37,862 nt of DNA, from the NCBI GenBank assembly GCA_036339465.1, contig JAYZAY010000014.1:1-37862 (forward strand), in the 5' to 3' direction. Shown here in pieces: positions 1 through 8,315 of the stretch. How positions within the stretch are numbered: position 1 is the first letter of the stretch; each line of letters begins with the position of its first letter. Under the pieces are notes generated by a model that saw only the letters and a program-made list of their open reading frames with translations, was not told the DNA's origin and ran no database searches. The DNA is from Myxococcota bacterium (GTDB lineage Bacteria; Myxococcota; XYA12-FULL-58-9; JABJBS01). Both the position numbers and the translations under genes were made by a program.

Positions 1-100
1 GTACCCTCGACAAACGAGTGGCATTTCGACTAGGCGCTGCAGCAGCGTATGCGAAAGCGAATCGTAAAACCCAAACCCTCACCCCGCCCTATCCAACAAC

Positions 101-483
101 GTCCATCTACATCCAAGCACAATGGGGGTCATAAGTGGGGGCATCTGGGTTTCGGGAAGCAAGCTATACCTAATGATTGCGTACACTTAACAAGCCAATT
201 CGATTCCCGCCCACTTAGCTAGTTGCTGTAGAAGCCGAGCACACCTATCGGCGTGTTCGTTTCAACACCAACACGCGCGGACCCGCCGCCTCCACCAATG
301 GAATTGTCCAAGAACATCCAGTATGGTCCATGGAAATCCAGCAAATCCCGCCAGATAAGCTTCTTGTCTCAATTTGAGGGCAATTGATTGTCCAAAGATG
401 TCCAGCAAGGTCTATCTACATCCAAACTAAGTTGGGGGTATATTTGAGGGCACATCTGGATTGCGAAAAGCAGATGCCCCCAC
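101..483 (+). mobile_element. Putative remnants of a genomic-island attachment region at a tmRNA/tRNA 3' end (no integrase present)
   Basis: CCCGCCGCCTCCACCA (282-297) resembles a tmRNA/tRNA 3' end with CCA, and TTCGATTCCCGCC (199-211) resembles a T-arm fragment. An imperfect repeat TC(C/T)ATCTACATCCAA...TGGGGGT..A..TG(G/A)GGGC..ATCTGG occurs at about 102-148 and 411-459, similar to arm-type sites of P4-like tyrosine integrases. Confidence 0.45.
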
Positions 484-672
484 TCGGTTGGTTCTGGGTT
501 TAGGAGATGCAACAAGCGCCAATGTGTTTCCAGCATCATCACACAACTCAACGTCATAATGCGACTCTACTGACTTGTGAATAAGGACAATTGTTCCTGT
601 AGTACCAGCTTTCAAATTATTGGAGGCATCATCTACTTTAAGTTTTACAACATCATATTCTACAAATTTCAT
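427..672 (-). CDS. DUF4926-like small protein; C-terminus may be non-native
   Basis: YDVVKL..D.....LKAGTTGTIVLIH....HYDVELCDDAGNTLAL matches the DUF4926 pattern. After this the frame runs into the att-like repeats. Confidence 0.65.
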   Translation of the reverse strand: MKFVEYDVVKLKVDDASNNLKAGTTGTIVLIHKSVESHYDVELCDDAGNTLALVASPKPRTNRVGASAFRNPDVPSNIPPT

Positions 673-916
673 AGAGTTTAAATCCGCTTTTGCTGCCTAA
701 ACTCACACCCATCCTCATAACCACCCCACCCAATAACTGTATACCCTCAAAGAGCACTAAGGTGTGGGGAAAATGTCTTGGGGGCTAAGTAAATTTGGGG
801 GTTAGAGTCGGCTTATACAAATTCCTACTGAATCTATTCTTCAACCGGCTCGGACGCGCCGCTTATGAGTGCAGCGGGAGCGAGAAGCTATTGGATGCCA
901 GTGCTGCTGCGATTTT

Positions 917-2263
917 TCATGCGCTACTAAGCATGCGCCGTAGTCGTGTCCCTTCGGTCGACGTGACCATGAGCTGGTAGTGCACGCCATCGTCCTCGAA
1001 CGTCTCACTCACAACGCGCGCGCGCTTATGTACCTCACCAATCATCGAGGTCTGAGTGTACGGGACCATTAACGACAAGTCATCCAGCAGCCGTTCAAAC
1101 TCACCAACGATAACGCGGTGGAGTTCCTCGACGTCTTGGGGCCGCTTGGCCGAGACGAGTAACGCATCCGGATAGCGCGCCGCGAGCTCGCTGCAACGCT
1201 CAGCGTCGCAACAATCGATCTTGTTCAGCACCAGTAGGTTGTTCCCATCCTGGACGCCGATCTCGTCCAAGACCTCTAGGGTCAACTGGAGCTGCGCTTC
1301 GAAGGCCGGGTCACTGGCGTCAACCACATGCAGCAAGAGGCTCGCCTCCTTGGCCTCCGCCAACGTCGAGCGAAAAGAGGCAACCAGATCGTGAGGCAAC
1401 CGCTGAATAAAACCGACGGTGTCCGAAATCAGGATCTGCGGCGTAACGGCCGGGAACAATGCGCGCACCGTCGTGTCGAGCGTCGCGAAGAGTTTGTCTT
1501 CCACCAAAACTGTTGAAGTGGTGAGTGCCCGCATCCACGACGACTTTCCTGCGTTTGTGTAACCCACCAAGGCCACGCGCAGTGTGTCTTGACGCCGGGC
1601 AGCGCGTACGTTCGCTTCGCTCTCGATGGCCTTCAGTTCCTTCCCCAACTCGGCGATGCGATCACGAATCTTGCGGCGGTCGAGTTCCAGACTCGATTCG
1701 CCCGCGCCCTTACCGGCCTGGCGCTCGCTGGGGCCGCCGGCGGCGCGCATACGCGGAGCGAGATATTTGAGGCGGGCCATCTCCACCTGGAGGCGAGCCT
1801 CGCGGGTCGAAGCGTGGCGATGGAAAATATCGAGGATCATACCGGTGCGATCCGTGACCTCGACACCTACCGCGGTGGTCAGATCACGAATCTGGGTGGG
1901 CGTCAGCTCCGCATCCACGATCACCAAATTGGCGAGTTCTTCGGGTTCACCGCGCTCGTCGAGATAGTCCGCCATCACCTCATCGGCTTCGGCATCGACC
2001 TTGTTGCGTTGGGCTTGCGGACCACGTGCGACGATTCCGCTACCGCCGGTCAGCCGCGCGAGTTCGATGCGTTTTCCCTGACCCAACACCCCCGCATCGA
2101 TGCGGTCGCGCTTTTGGCGGACTTGCTCGATCACCCGCACCCCTAGGGTTTTGGCCAGACGGCTCAGTTCTGTGAGGGAGCTGGTGACTTGGTCCTCGGT
2201 GATACCCGCGGTTTGTATCCCGACGAGTACGGCGCGTAGCGGTTGTGTAGATTCGGACATCAT
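917..2263 (-). CDS. hflX: GTPase HflX (ribosome splitting factor)
   Basis: DRTGMILDIFHRHASTREARLQVE, GAGESSLELDRRKI, G1 GYTNAGKS, G2 DKLFATLD, G3 DTVGF, G4 NKID, SAK. Confidence 0.96.
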   Translation of the reverse strand: MMSESTQPLRAVLVGIQTAGITEDQVTSSLTELSRLAKTLGVRVIEQVRQKRDRIDAGVLGQGKRIELARLTGGSGIVARGPQAQRNKVDAEADEVMADYLDERGEPEELANLVIVDAELTPTQIRDLTTAVGVEVTDRTGMILDIFHRHASTREARLQVEMARLKYLAPRMRAAGGPSERQAGKGAGESSLELDRRKIRDRIAELGKELKAIESEANVRAARRQDTLRVALVGYTNAGKSSWMRALTTSTVLVEDKLFATLDTTVRALFPAVTPQILISDTVGFIQRLPHDLVASFRSTLAEAKEASLLLHVVDASDPAFEAQLQLTLEVLDEIGVQDGNNLLVLNKIDCCDAERCSELAARYPDALLVSAKRPQDVEELHRVIVGEFERLLDDLSLMVPYTQTSMIGEVHKRARVVSETFEDDGVHYQLMVTSTEGTRLRRMLSSA

Positions 2264-2383
2264 GAGGCGGGCTTACCATCCTGGGACCGTTAAGGCCATA
2301 GGCCAAGGGCTCACCGCCCACTTATCCGTAAGACCGCTCGCCCTCGGTCGCCGGTGCCGGTACCTAGCCCGAATTAAAAAAAA

Positions 2384-2406
2384 GAAGAATTGAGCAGGAA
2401 GCTTAG
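2384..2406 (+). repeat. 23-bp perfect direct repeat, copy 1
   Basis: GAAGAATTGAGCAGGAAGCTTAG, identical to 3830-3852. Confidence 0.95.
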
Positions 2407-2749
2407 GGAAAGCCCTCGAGGATGGGCCGATGGCGCCCCCGTCGTTGGGAGTTCGGAGTCGTCGTAAGCAAGCCGAGGCGAAGGTTGTTCAATCCCAGGA
2501 GCTGGAGTCACCCGACGACGAACCAGAGCCATCCGCAGCTGAGAGAGAGGCGGTTATGCGAAGAGTGCAAAGGATGCCGAATCTTCGGCTGAGCGATGTT
2601 GTGGGGCAAGGCAATCATTTTCTTTCCATGACCGTGAAAAGAAAAATGGCCATGACATTATTGGAAAATCACTGTCCTCAACCCACCACCTGTTCTAAAC
2701 TCACCCCTAATGTCTAGCCAGGGATGCTTTCATAAGTAGTGAGGAAACG

Positions 2750-3796
2750 ATGACTTACAATCCGCACTTAATCAATGCGCTTGTCGCTATCGCCCAAAAC
2801 CAGGCAAAGTTTCCAGCCAAACAACCGCCTGATTTGTTCTCAGGGGCCACAGCTAGCATTGTTTGTGACTTTGATGGCAGCAATCCGGCATCGGCAGGGC
2901 TCTGCGGAAAACCGTTTAATCCAACCCGTGAAGAAAAAGACCGCGACCTCTGGTGCGAACACGAACACAACGCCATGCCAATATTCAGGGCCATTGAAGG
3001 GGCAGCCAAAAAAGTCCAAAGCAGTAAGGCTTATGACAAATTTTGCGCAGACCTCTTTAGCGGACTCGTGGTCGTTGACAGCAAAGGTTCTAACGTCAAG
3101 CTCATGAGCCGAGGCTGCTACAAAATATGTCGCCCGAAATCCTGGAAATGCAACGCCGGAGCATGGCAAAATCTCAAGGATGTTTTTCGTATCAGCATTG
3201 AATTTGAAAACATTGGCAAGCTTTACGCCGGTGCAGAAAAACTGGTGCAAAAAGTTGGTGTCATCGGCTCATCAAGCGGTGTAGCGTTTGAGGATTATAC
3301 ATTCGGCCCCATCTACCGAATCAAAGATAGGTTTGCCACGCCCCCAACTGGCATTATCGTCGACGAGAGATTAAACCCCGCCCACGAGGCAGAAGTCATT
3401 TACAAGGACTACCAGGTTATCCTAGGCTGTCGTGGACCCAATTTGCGTTTTACCGGCGACAAGCCTTACCTCATTGAACTTCAACTTCATGTTGCGTCCA
3501 TGTTGAAAGCTAAACACGATGCGGGCCATGCCTTGTACAAACAAATGCGAGTTCTTAGTGAAGTGGAGCGCTCCAAGCTGCTTCCATTGGTCGTATCCTC
3601 AAACAACGTCTATGGTGTCGCATTTCAACAAAACTTTGCAGCGCATACTGGATTAAACGCCGAAATTGATTACATCGGTCCTTCTCTGATTGAACACGTG
3701 GCATCGCTGAATCTTGAACCCACCTATATTGTTAACAACTGGTCAGAGGTTCTCGAGGGCATTTATTCATCTATCCAAACCGCCCCCGCCCAATGA
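2750..3796 (+). CDS. RelA/SpoT-like (small alarmone synthetase-type) nucleotidyltransferase domain protein
   Basis: GAGGA RBS. Ordered motifs LKDVFRISI, RIKDRF, YKDYQVIL, IELQLH, KHDAGHALY. No HD hydrolase, TGS or ACT domain recognised. Confidence 0.75.
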   Translation: MTYNPHLINALVAIAQNQAKFPAKQPPDLFSGATASIVCDFDGSNPASAGLCGKPFNPTREEKDRDLWCEHEHNAMPIFRAIEGAAKKVQSSKAYDKFCADLFSGLVVVDSKGSNVKLMSRGCYKICRPKSWKCNAGAWQNLKDVFRISIEFENIGKLYAGAEKLVQKVGVIGSSSGVAFEDYTFGPIYRIKDRFATPPTGIIVDERLNPAHEAEVIYKDYQVILGCRGPNLRFTGDKPYLIELQLHVASMLKAKHDAGHALYKQMRVLSEVERSKLLPLVVSSNNVYGVAFQQNFAAHTGLNAEIDYIGPSLIEHVASLNLEPTYIVNNWSEVLEGIYSSIQTAPAQ

Positions 3797-3829
3797 CCAG
3801 ATTGGGTTTCGTTATCAACCCAAGGAAAG

Positions 3830-3852
3830 GAAGAATTGAGCAGGAAGCTTAG
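3830..3852 (+). repeat. 23-bp perfect direct repeat, copy 2
   Basis: GAAGAATTGAGCAGGAAGCTTAG, identical to 2384-2406. Confidence 0.95.
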
Positions 3853-3972
3853 TGGCACGGCTCTTGACTTCATCAAAAAAAGCAAAGAAGGCTTAAAGAA
3901 GAAAGAACTTCTTCTTTTGCGACAGGAAGTCCGGTAACGAGAACCCAAAACCGCCAGCCAAGAATTATTGCC

Positions 3973-4418
3973 AAGGATTATTGCTGGGCAGAGCTAATGA
4001 AGCGTGCAATCGAGATTGATGTGCTGGCGTGTCCTCACTGCGCAGGTCCGATGCGATTTATTGCGTGCATTATGGAGCGCGACGTCATTAAAGCAATCCT
4101 TGGCTCGATGGGGATACCGGCTGACTCCACTGCCCCACCCTCCTCGTTGCCTATACCCCATCTTGCTTTCGAATTTTAGGAAGATCCCAATTCGCAAGCA
4201 GCTTAGAAGGTAGCCTATTTCGGCTCGTTTTGCTTGCCGGTGTGCAAAGCTGCGGGGTTTTGGCCATCCTTAAGCGCCTGCAATCATTATGTTGCTTCAG
4301 AATCACGTTTTAGACCCTATTTCTCCTCAAAATCCACCAAAACGCCTCCCTTGAACTCGGTCTTGGTGCTGATTTATAGAGCTAAGCTAGGAGTTTTTTG
4401 CAGCTTGAATTCCCTAGC
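3973..4418 (+). mobile_element. IS91/ISCR-family remnant: transposase C-terminus plus oriIS-like end
   Basis: WAELMKRAIEIDVLACPHCAGPMRFIACIMERDVIKAILGSMG..PP (3985-4179) is the typical C-terminal CxxC tail of IS91-family transposases. GCTTGAATTCCCTAGC (4403-4418), about 225 bp past the stop, resembles the oriIS consensus GTTTGAA(T/C)TTCCTAT. Confidence 0.75.
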
Positions 4419-4544
4419 CACTTCGAAAGCTTTATGGGGCTGAGTTCGCTAACGACCCTGCTTAATCTTCTGCTTTCTTTTTTAGAGCAACAGAGGAACT
4501 GGCGATGGCGATAATCCTTTTAGAAACCCCCGATAGTGTAAGGA

Positions 4545-5276
4545 ATGACCATTAAATCTAAGATTAATAGCGCAGGGAAGCCGAACTTCGTTCCGAGGAT
4601 TTTGGGCAGCGGTGAGGATTGGGGTCGGGGAGGAGACCTGCCCGATGACGTCAGTCGATCCACTCTCGAATTTCTTCATGCCGATGACGTGCGACGCGTG
4701 GGGGAAATAAGTCATCCTTTGAGCCGTGTGGCAGAGGAGCCACTCCTTTGGAAGAAGTTGGTGCACCGTGACTATTCGAATGCGCCGAAGGTTGCGCCAT
4801 CGGGAGGATGGAAAGCCTACTACAGGGAGCATCGAACGGGCCTTAGTAAAGCGAGAGACTTTTATAGGGAGTGTAACTCCCCTGGGTTCTCGATGGGCGT
4901 GTGGAGAAATAACGGTGAGAGAGTGGAGTTGGGCCATTTTGCATTGCCGGGTTCTATTCCTGCCACGCGAACGGTTTTGTCATATCATCACGCGAATGGC
5001 ATCAAATTCTATCTTCCACACCGAGATGCCTCCGTAAATGTGAAGTGGGACCCAATGACTCGGGGTGCGAGCAACGGCAGGATTGGCTATTCGATATCGG
5101 GTGCCGGTACCTGGAGCCTCGCCCAATTGGAGCTCATCGAAGACAGCAGTTCGTGGGGGATGCAGCAGACTTTTGGCGTGGCTTTTGAGATAGGTGACCT
5201 AGAGTTCGGTTTCATCAAGTATAAGAACGATGGCGCCGCTAAATGGATTAAGTCTTTTTTTCAAGGCTCGTCCTAG
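4545..5276 (+). CDS. F-box-like domain protein with an unknown C-terminal domain
   Basis: aa 31-93: DLPDDVSRSTLEFLHADDVRRVGEISHPLSRVAEEPLLWKKLVHRDY...WKAYY, i.e. the F-box LP..LW core plus the WK..Y extension. Confidence 0.8.
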   Translation: MTIKSKINSAGKPNFVPRILGSGEDWGRGGDLPDDVSRSTLEFLHADDVRRVGEISHPLSRVAEEPLLWKKLVHRDYSNAPKVAPSGGWKAYYREHRTGLSKARDFYRECNSPGFSMGVWRNNGERVELGHFALPGSIPATRTVLSYHHANGIKFYLPHRDASVNVKWDPMTRGASNGRIGYSISGAGTWSLAQLELIEDSSSWGMQQTFGVAFEIGDLEFGFIKYKNDGAAKWIKSFFQGSS

Positions 5277-6149
5277 CCAAAGATACAAACGACCTAAATC
5301 CCTACTCTCTGGCGGTTCGGGATTAGATTTACCTCCCAATTTACGAACGAGATATTCATCGAATTCCATGAGCAATGTCTCAACAAGGCGGCAGACGGCC
5401 GTGCTAAGAGTCAAGTAGGCGCACAAGTGCCAGGGATAATAGTAATCATCCCTAGTTAAGGATTTAGCTCTCAAGTCGCTTCGCGCGAGCAATACTTCAG
5501 CATGCCACCTAGGCGCTGATGGCAGACAACATCGCCATCACAATTAGCAGCCGCCCTTCCCTTCAGCACTTTGTTCCCCACGCCTTGGTGGTTACATTCA
5601 AGATGATAGTGGGACGGTTACTTTCTAAGCTGCCTGGGCGGCAGTGAACATAGGGCGGGAATGTTTTTGTTGCGCTAGTATTGACACTCGCGGGATGCGG
5701 GAGTTGCGCAAAGCAAGACTCGACGTCTTCTGACCAACCCCCCGCAGAAACGACCGACCCCGCAAACACCACAAACACCCGGGCGCAATTTCCCCAAAGA
5801 GCATACGCAGCAAACCTTTAACCTGGGGACTGGAGTGTCGGGCCACCGGCGGAAAAGCCCGGAAAATTGGTTTAGTAGACGGTTCAGCCTCCATGCCAGG
5901 CGTGCGGGCTTGCGTGTCTCTTAATGAGTGGGTGCCACAAAATCCTTCCACAGTTACATCCAAAGACGACAATAAGTGTTCATAATGCACCACGGCCATT
6001 CTTTATTGTAGCGCAATGCGACACCATGATTCAAAAAAATAAGATGGCGTGCTATGATCCTTGGATTCAGACGATTTGCCTAGGCTAGTTATCGCTTCCC
6101 TTTCCACTCCGGTGTGCTATGGTCCCCCTGTTTGCTATAAACTCATCCC

Positions 6150-7316
6150 ATGGGAAGTGCTTCTATGAATGAACCTGCACAGCTTCCACCTGGCATTCGT
6201 GCCGTCGTTCGAGATTTGGCTGAAGACCCCGGGCAAGGCATTGAACAAAATCTCGCAGTCGAAACGCAGCCCATACCCGATGTTTCTACTTTACAACCCG
6301 ATGATATTCTAGTTGCGATTCGTGCCTCTGCGGTTTCCTGGGTGGATGTTTTGATGACCAGTGGCCAGTATCAACACATTCCCACCTTGCCCTATACACC
6401 AGGCCTTGAGTACGCAGGCACCGTTGCTTGGAAGGGGCCCAACATTCCCGATACACGTTTTCGGCTTGGGGATAAAGTTTACGTTGCATGCTTTACTACC
6501 GGGCCTCGCTCCTCTGGAAACTATCAGAGTTATGGTGGATTTGCCTCCTATGCGGTGGCTCCTGTTGATGCAGTGAGTGCTATGCCGGAGAACTTCACCT
6601 ACGACCAAGCCTGCAATTTCGCAGGCAACTTTGAAACGGCTTACCACTGCCTGGTGGATTGCGGCCACCTTCAGCCCGGCGAGACCATCTTGATACACGG
6701 AGCATCTGGGGCAACTGGCCTAGCGGCGGTACAGATCGCTAAAACCCTCGGTGCCACAGTTATCGCGACGGGTCGCTCGTTGAAAAAGCTCAAACAGGTA
6801 CAAGAACATGGTGCAGACCATATCATAAGCTTGGCGCGAGATGACGCTGAACCAGGTATCAAACGATTTCGCGAAGAAGTTAAAGCACTTACAGCAGGCA
6901 AAGGCGTGAACGTTGTGTACGATTCCGTGGGAGGGGATATTTCTCTGGAGAGTCTTCGTTGCGTAAGCTTTGGTGCGCGATTCCTGATCGTCGGTTGGGC
7001 CTCAACGCCGTTGGTGGCCAAGGGAAAAGGTGGCCGCGGATCTCCCAATGCGAATTTGCTTCCAACGAATCTCATTATGATGAAAGGTCTTAAGGTTCTA
7101 GGTTGCCCCATGGTCATTTCAACTCAAAACAATCCCGCTATCCGTCCCCCACGGGTTGCTAAACTCAAAGAATGGGCCGAGGCCGGTAAAATAAGCCCCT
7201 ACATATCCCATGTGTTTGAACTGCGAAATGCAAAAGATGCCATGGCCGCTCGGTGGAATGGAGACATTTTGGGTGGCTGCGTGGTCCGTCCGCCGCCGCT
7301 TCCTTTTACAGGATGA
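6150..7316 (+). CDS. NADPH:quinone oxidoreductase family protein (MDR/zeta-crystallin-like)
   Basis: GQYQ...LPYTPGLEYAG, TAYHCL, LQPGETILIHGASGATGLAAVQIAK, GADHII, GKGVNVVYDSVGG. Confidence 0.93.
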   Translation: MGSASMNEPAQLPPGIRAVVRDLAEDPGQGIEQNLAVETQPIPDVSTLQPDDILVAIRASAVSWVDVLMTSGQYQHIPTLPYTPGLEYAGTVAWKGPNIPDTRFRLGDKVYVACFTTGPRSSGNYQSYGGFASYAVAPVDAVSAMPENFTYDQACNFAGNFETAYHCLVDCGHLQPGETILIHGASGATGLAAVQIAKTLGATVIATGRSLKKLKQVQEHGADHIISLARDDAEPGIKRFREEVKALTAGKGVNVVYDSVGGDISLESLRCVSFGARFLIVGWASTPLVAKGKGGRGSPNANLLPTNLIMMKGLKVLGCPMVISTQNNPAIRPPRVAKLKEWAEAGKISPYISHVFELRNAKDAMAARWNGDILGGCVVRPPPLPFTG

Positions 7317-8315
7317 GCCAATCAAAAAGAACTTACGTCTGGTTCATTATGCAAACAGCTTTCCGATAACTTAGCCGTTGGAAAACTGAAGAACAACCTC
7401 GTTGTCATCGTTTTTAAAGGCTTTGATTTGATGATAGAACCAAGGCTCGGTGAAAAAACGGAAAACGTTTAACTCGTCACTACCGCTGGCTGAATCAGCA
7501 TAGCCTTGAACAAGTCTAGGCGAAGTCAAAACCGCGTGCTTGCTCTCTCTATGATTTCATCTATGCCAGTGAGACTCGTACCTCTCTGTCGACCCTTAAA
7601 TACTTCGGTTGGTCTCAGCCATCTGCTTGATTGCAAAGAGGATGGTTGCGTAGTTTTTTTCGGTGGCAACAGTGGCTACGTTGCTCGTGCTGATTTGGAG
7701 AGGCGACTGGTTGGCACGTGCGATTTGCCCGTGGCGCTAATGGCACCCTACGGTGAAAAGCACCGCCGGTCGAAGGATTAAACCTCGCGTGAGACACGAC
7801 CAATGTGTGATTGAAAACCGATAGGAATTGAGCTGGTTTATCCTATGCTGGATGCTACGCGCCCACAATTGCAAAGTTCTCTTTTTCGCGTGGTGCTGAG
7901 AGATAAACACCGAAAAAAAACCATCGAGCCTGCCTCCCTACAGGCCATGGAAGCAATTACCCATGCACCCGTGGTTGCGACTCCACTTTGACCAAGGGTC
8001 TCGAAAATCGCAATAAGGCTGGCTATTGACGTGCCCCAAAATAAGCGTTTCAGAAACAACATCAAGTAACTACAGGCCCAAAGTTACGCCCCCTGAAATC
8101 AAGTTCCCCCAGGGTTGGTTGTCGGGAAACGACCTAGGATCGACGAAGAAAAGATACAACAAAAACCGGATTTCATCTTCGGGCAATATTCCCGCTTGAA
8201 TTAGACGCAACCTCCCACCTGTACCACCGATAGTCCGAATAGAAACCTTGTTTCACCAGATAAGAGGCAATTTTGGGGGCCTTAAATCAAACGAAAAGAC
8301 AATTTGAGGAACACC

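Noticed and set aside
199..297. Intact tRNA or tmRNA gene
   Set aside because: Only 3'-end-like fragments are present; there is no matching 5' acceptor strand or cloverleaf.
1320..2393. Several ORFs overlapping hflX (and similar shadow ORFs over other long genes)
   Set aside because: Antisense or alternate-frame shadows of well-supported genes, with no recognisable motifs.
5625..5999. Possible AraC-type regulator remnant divergent from the oxidoreductase
   Set aside because: An NFSRAFRRW-like motif appears only after assuming indels; too weak to call.
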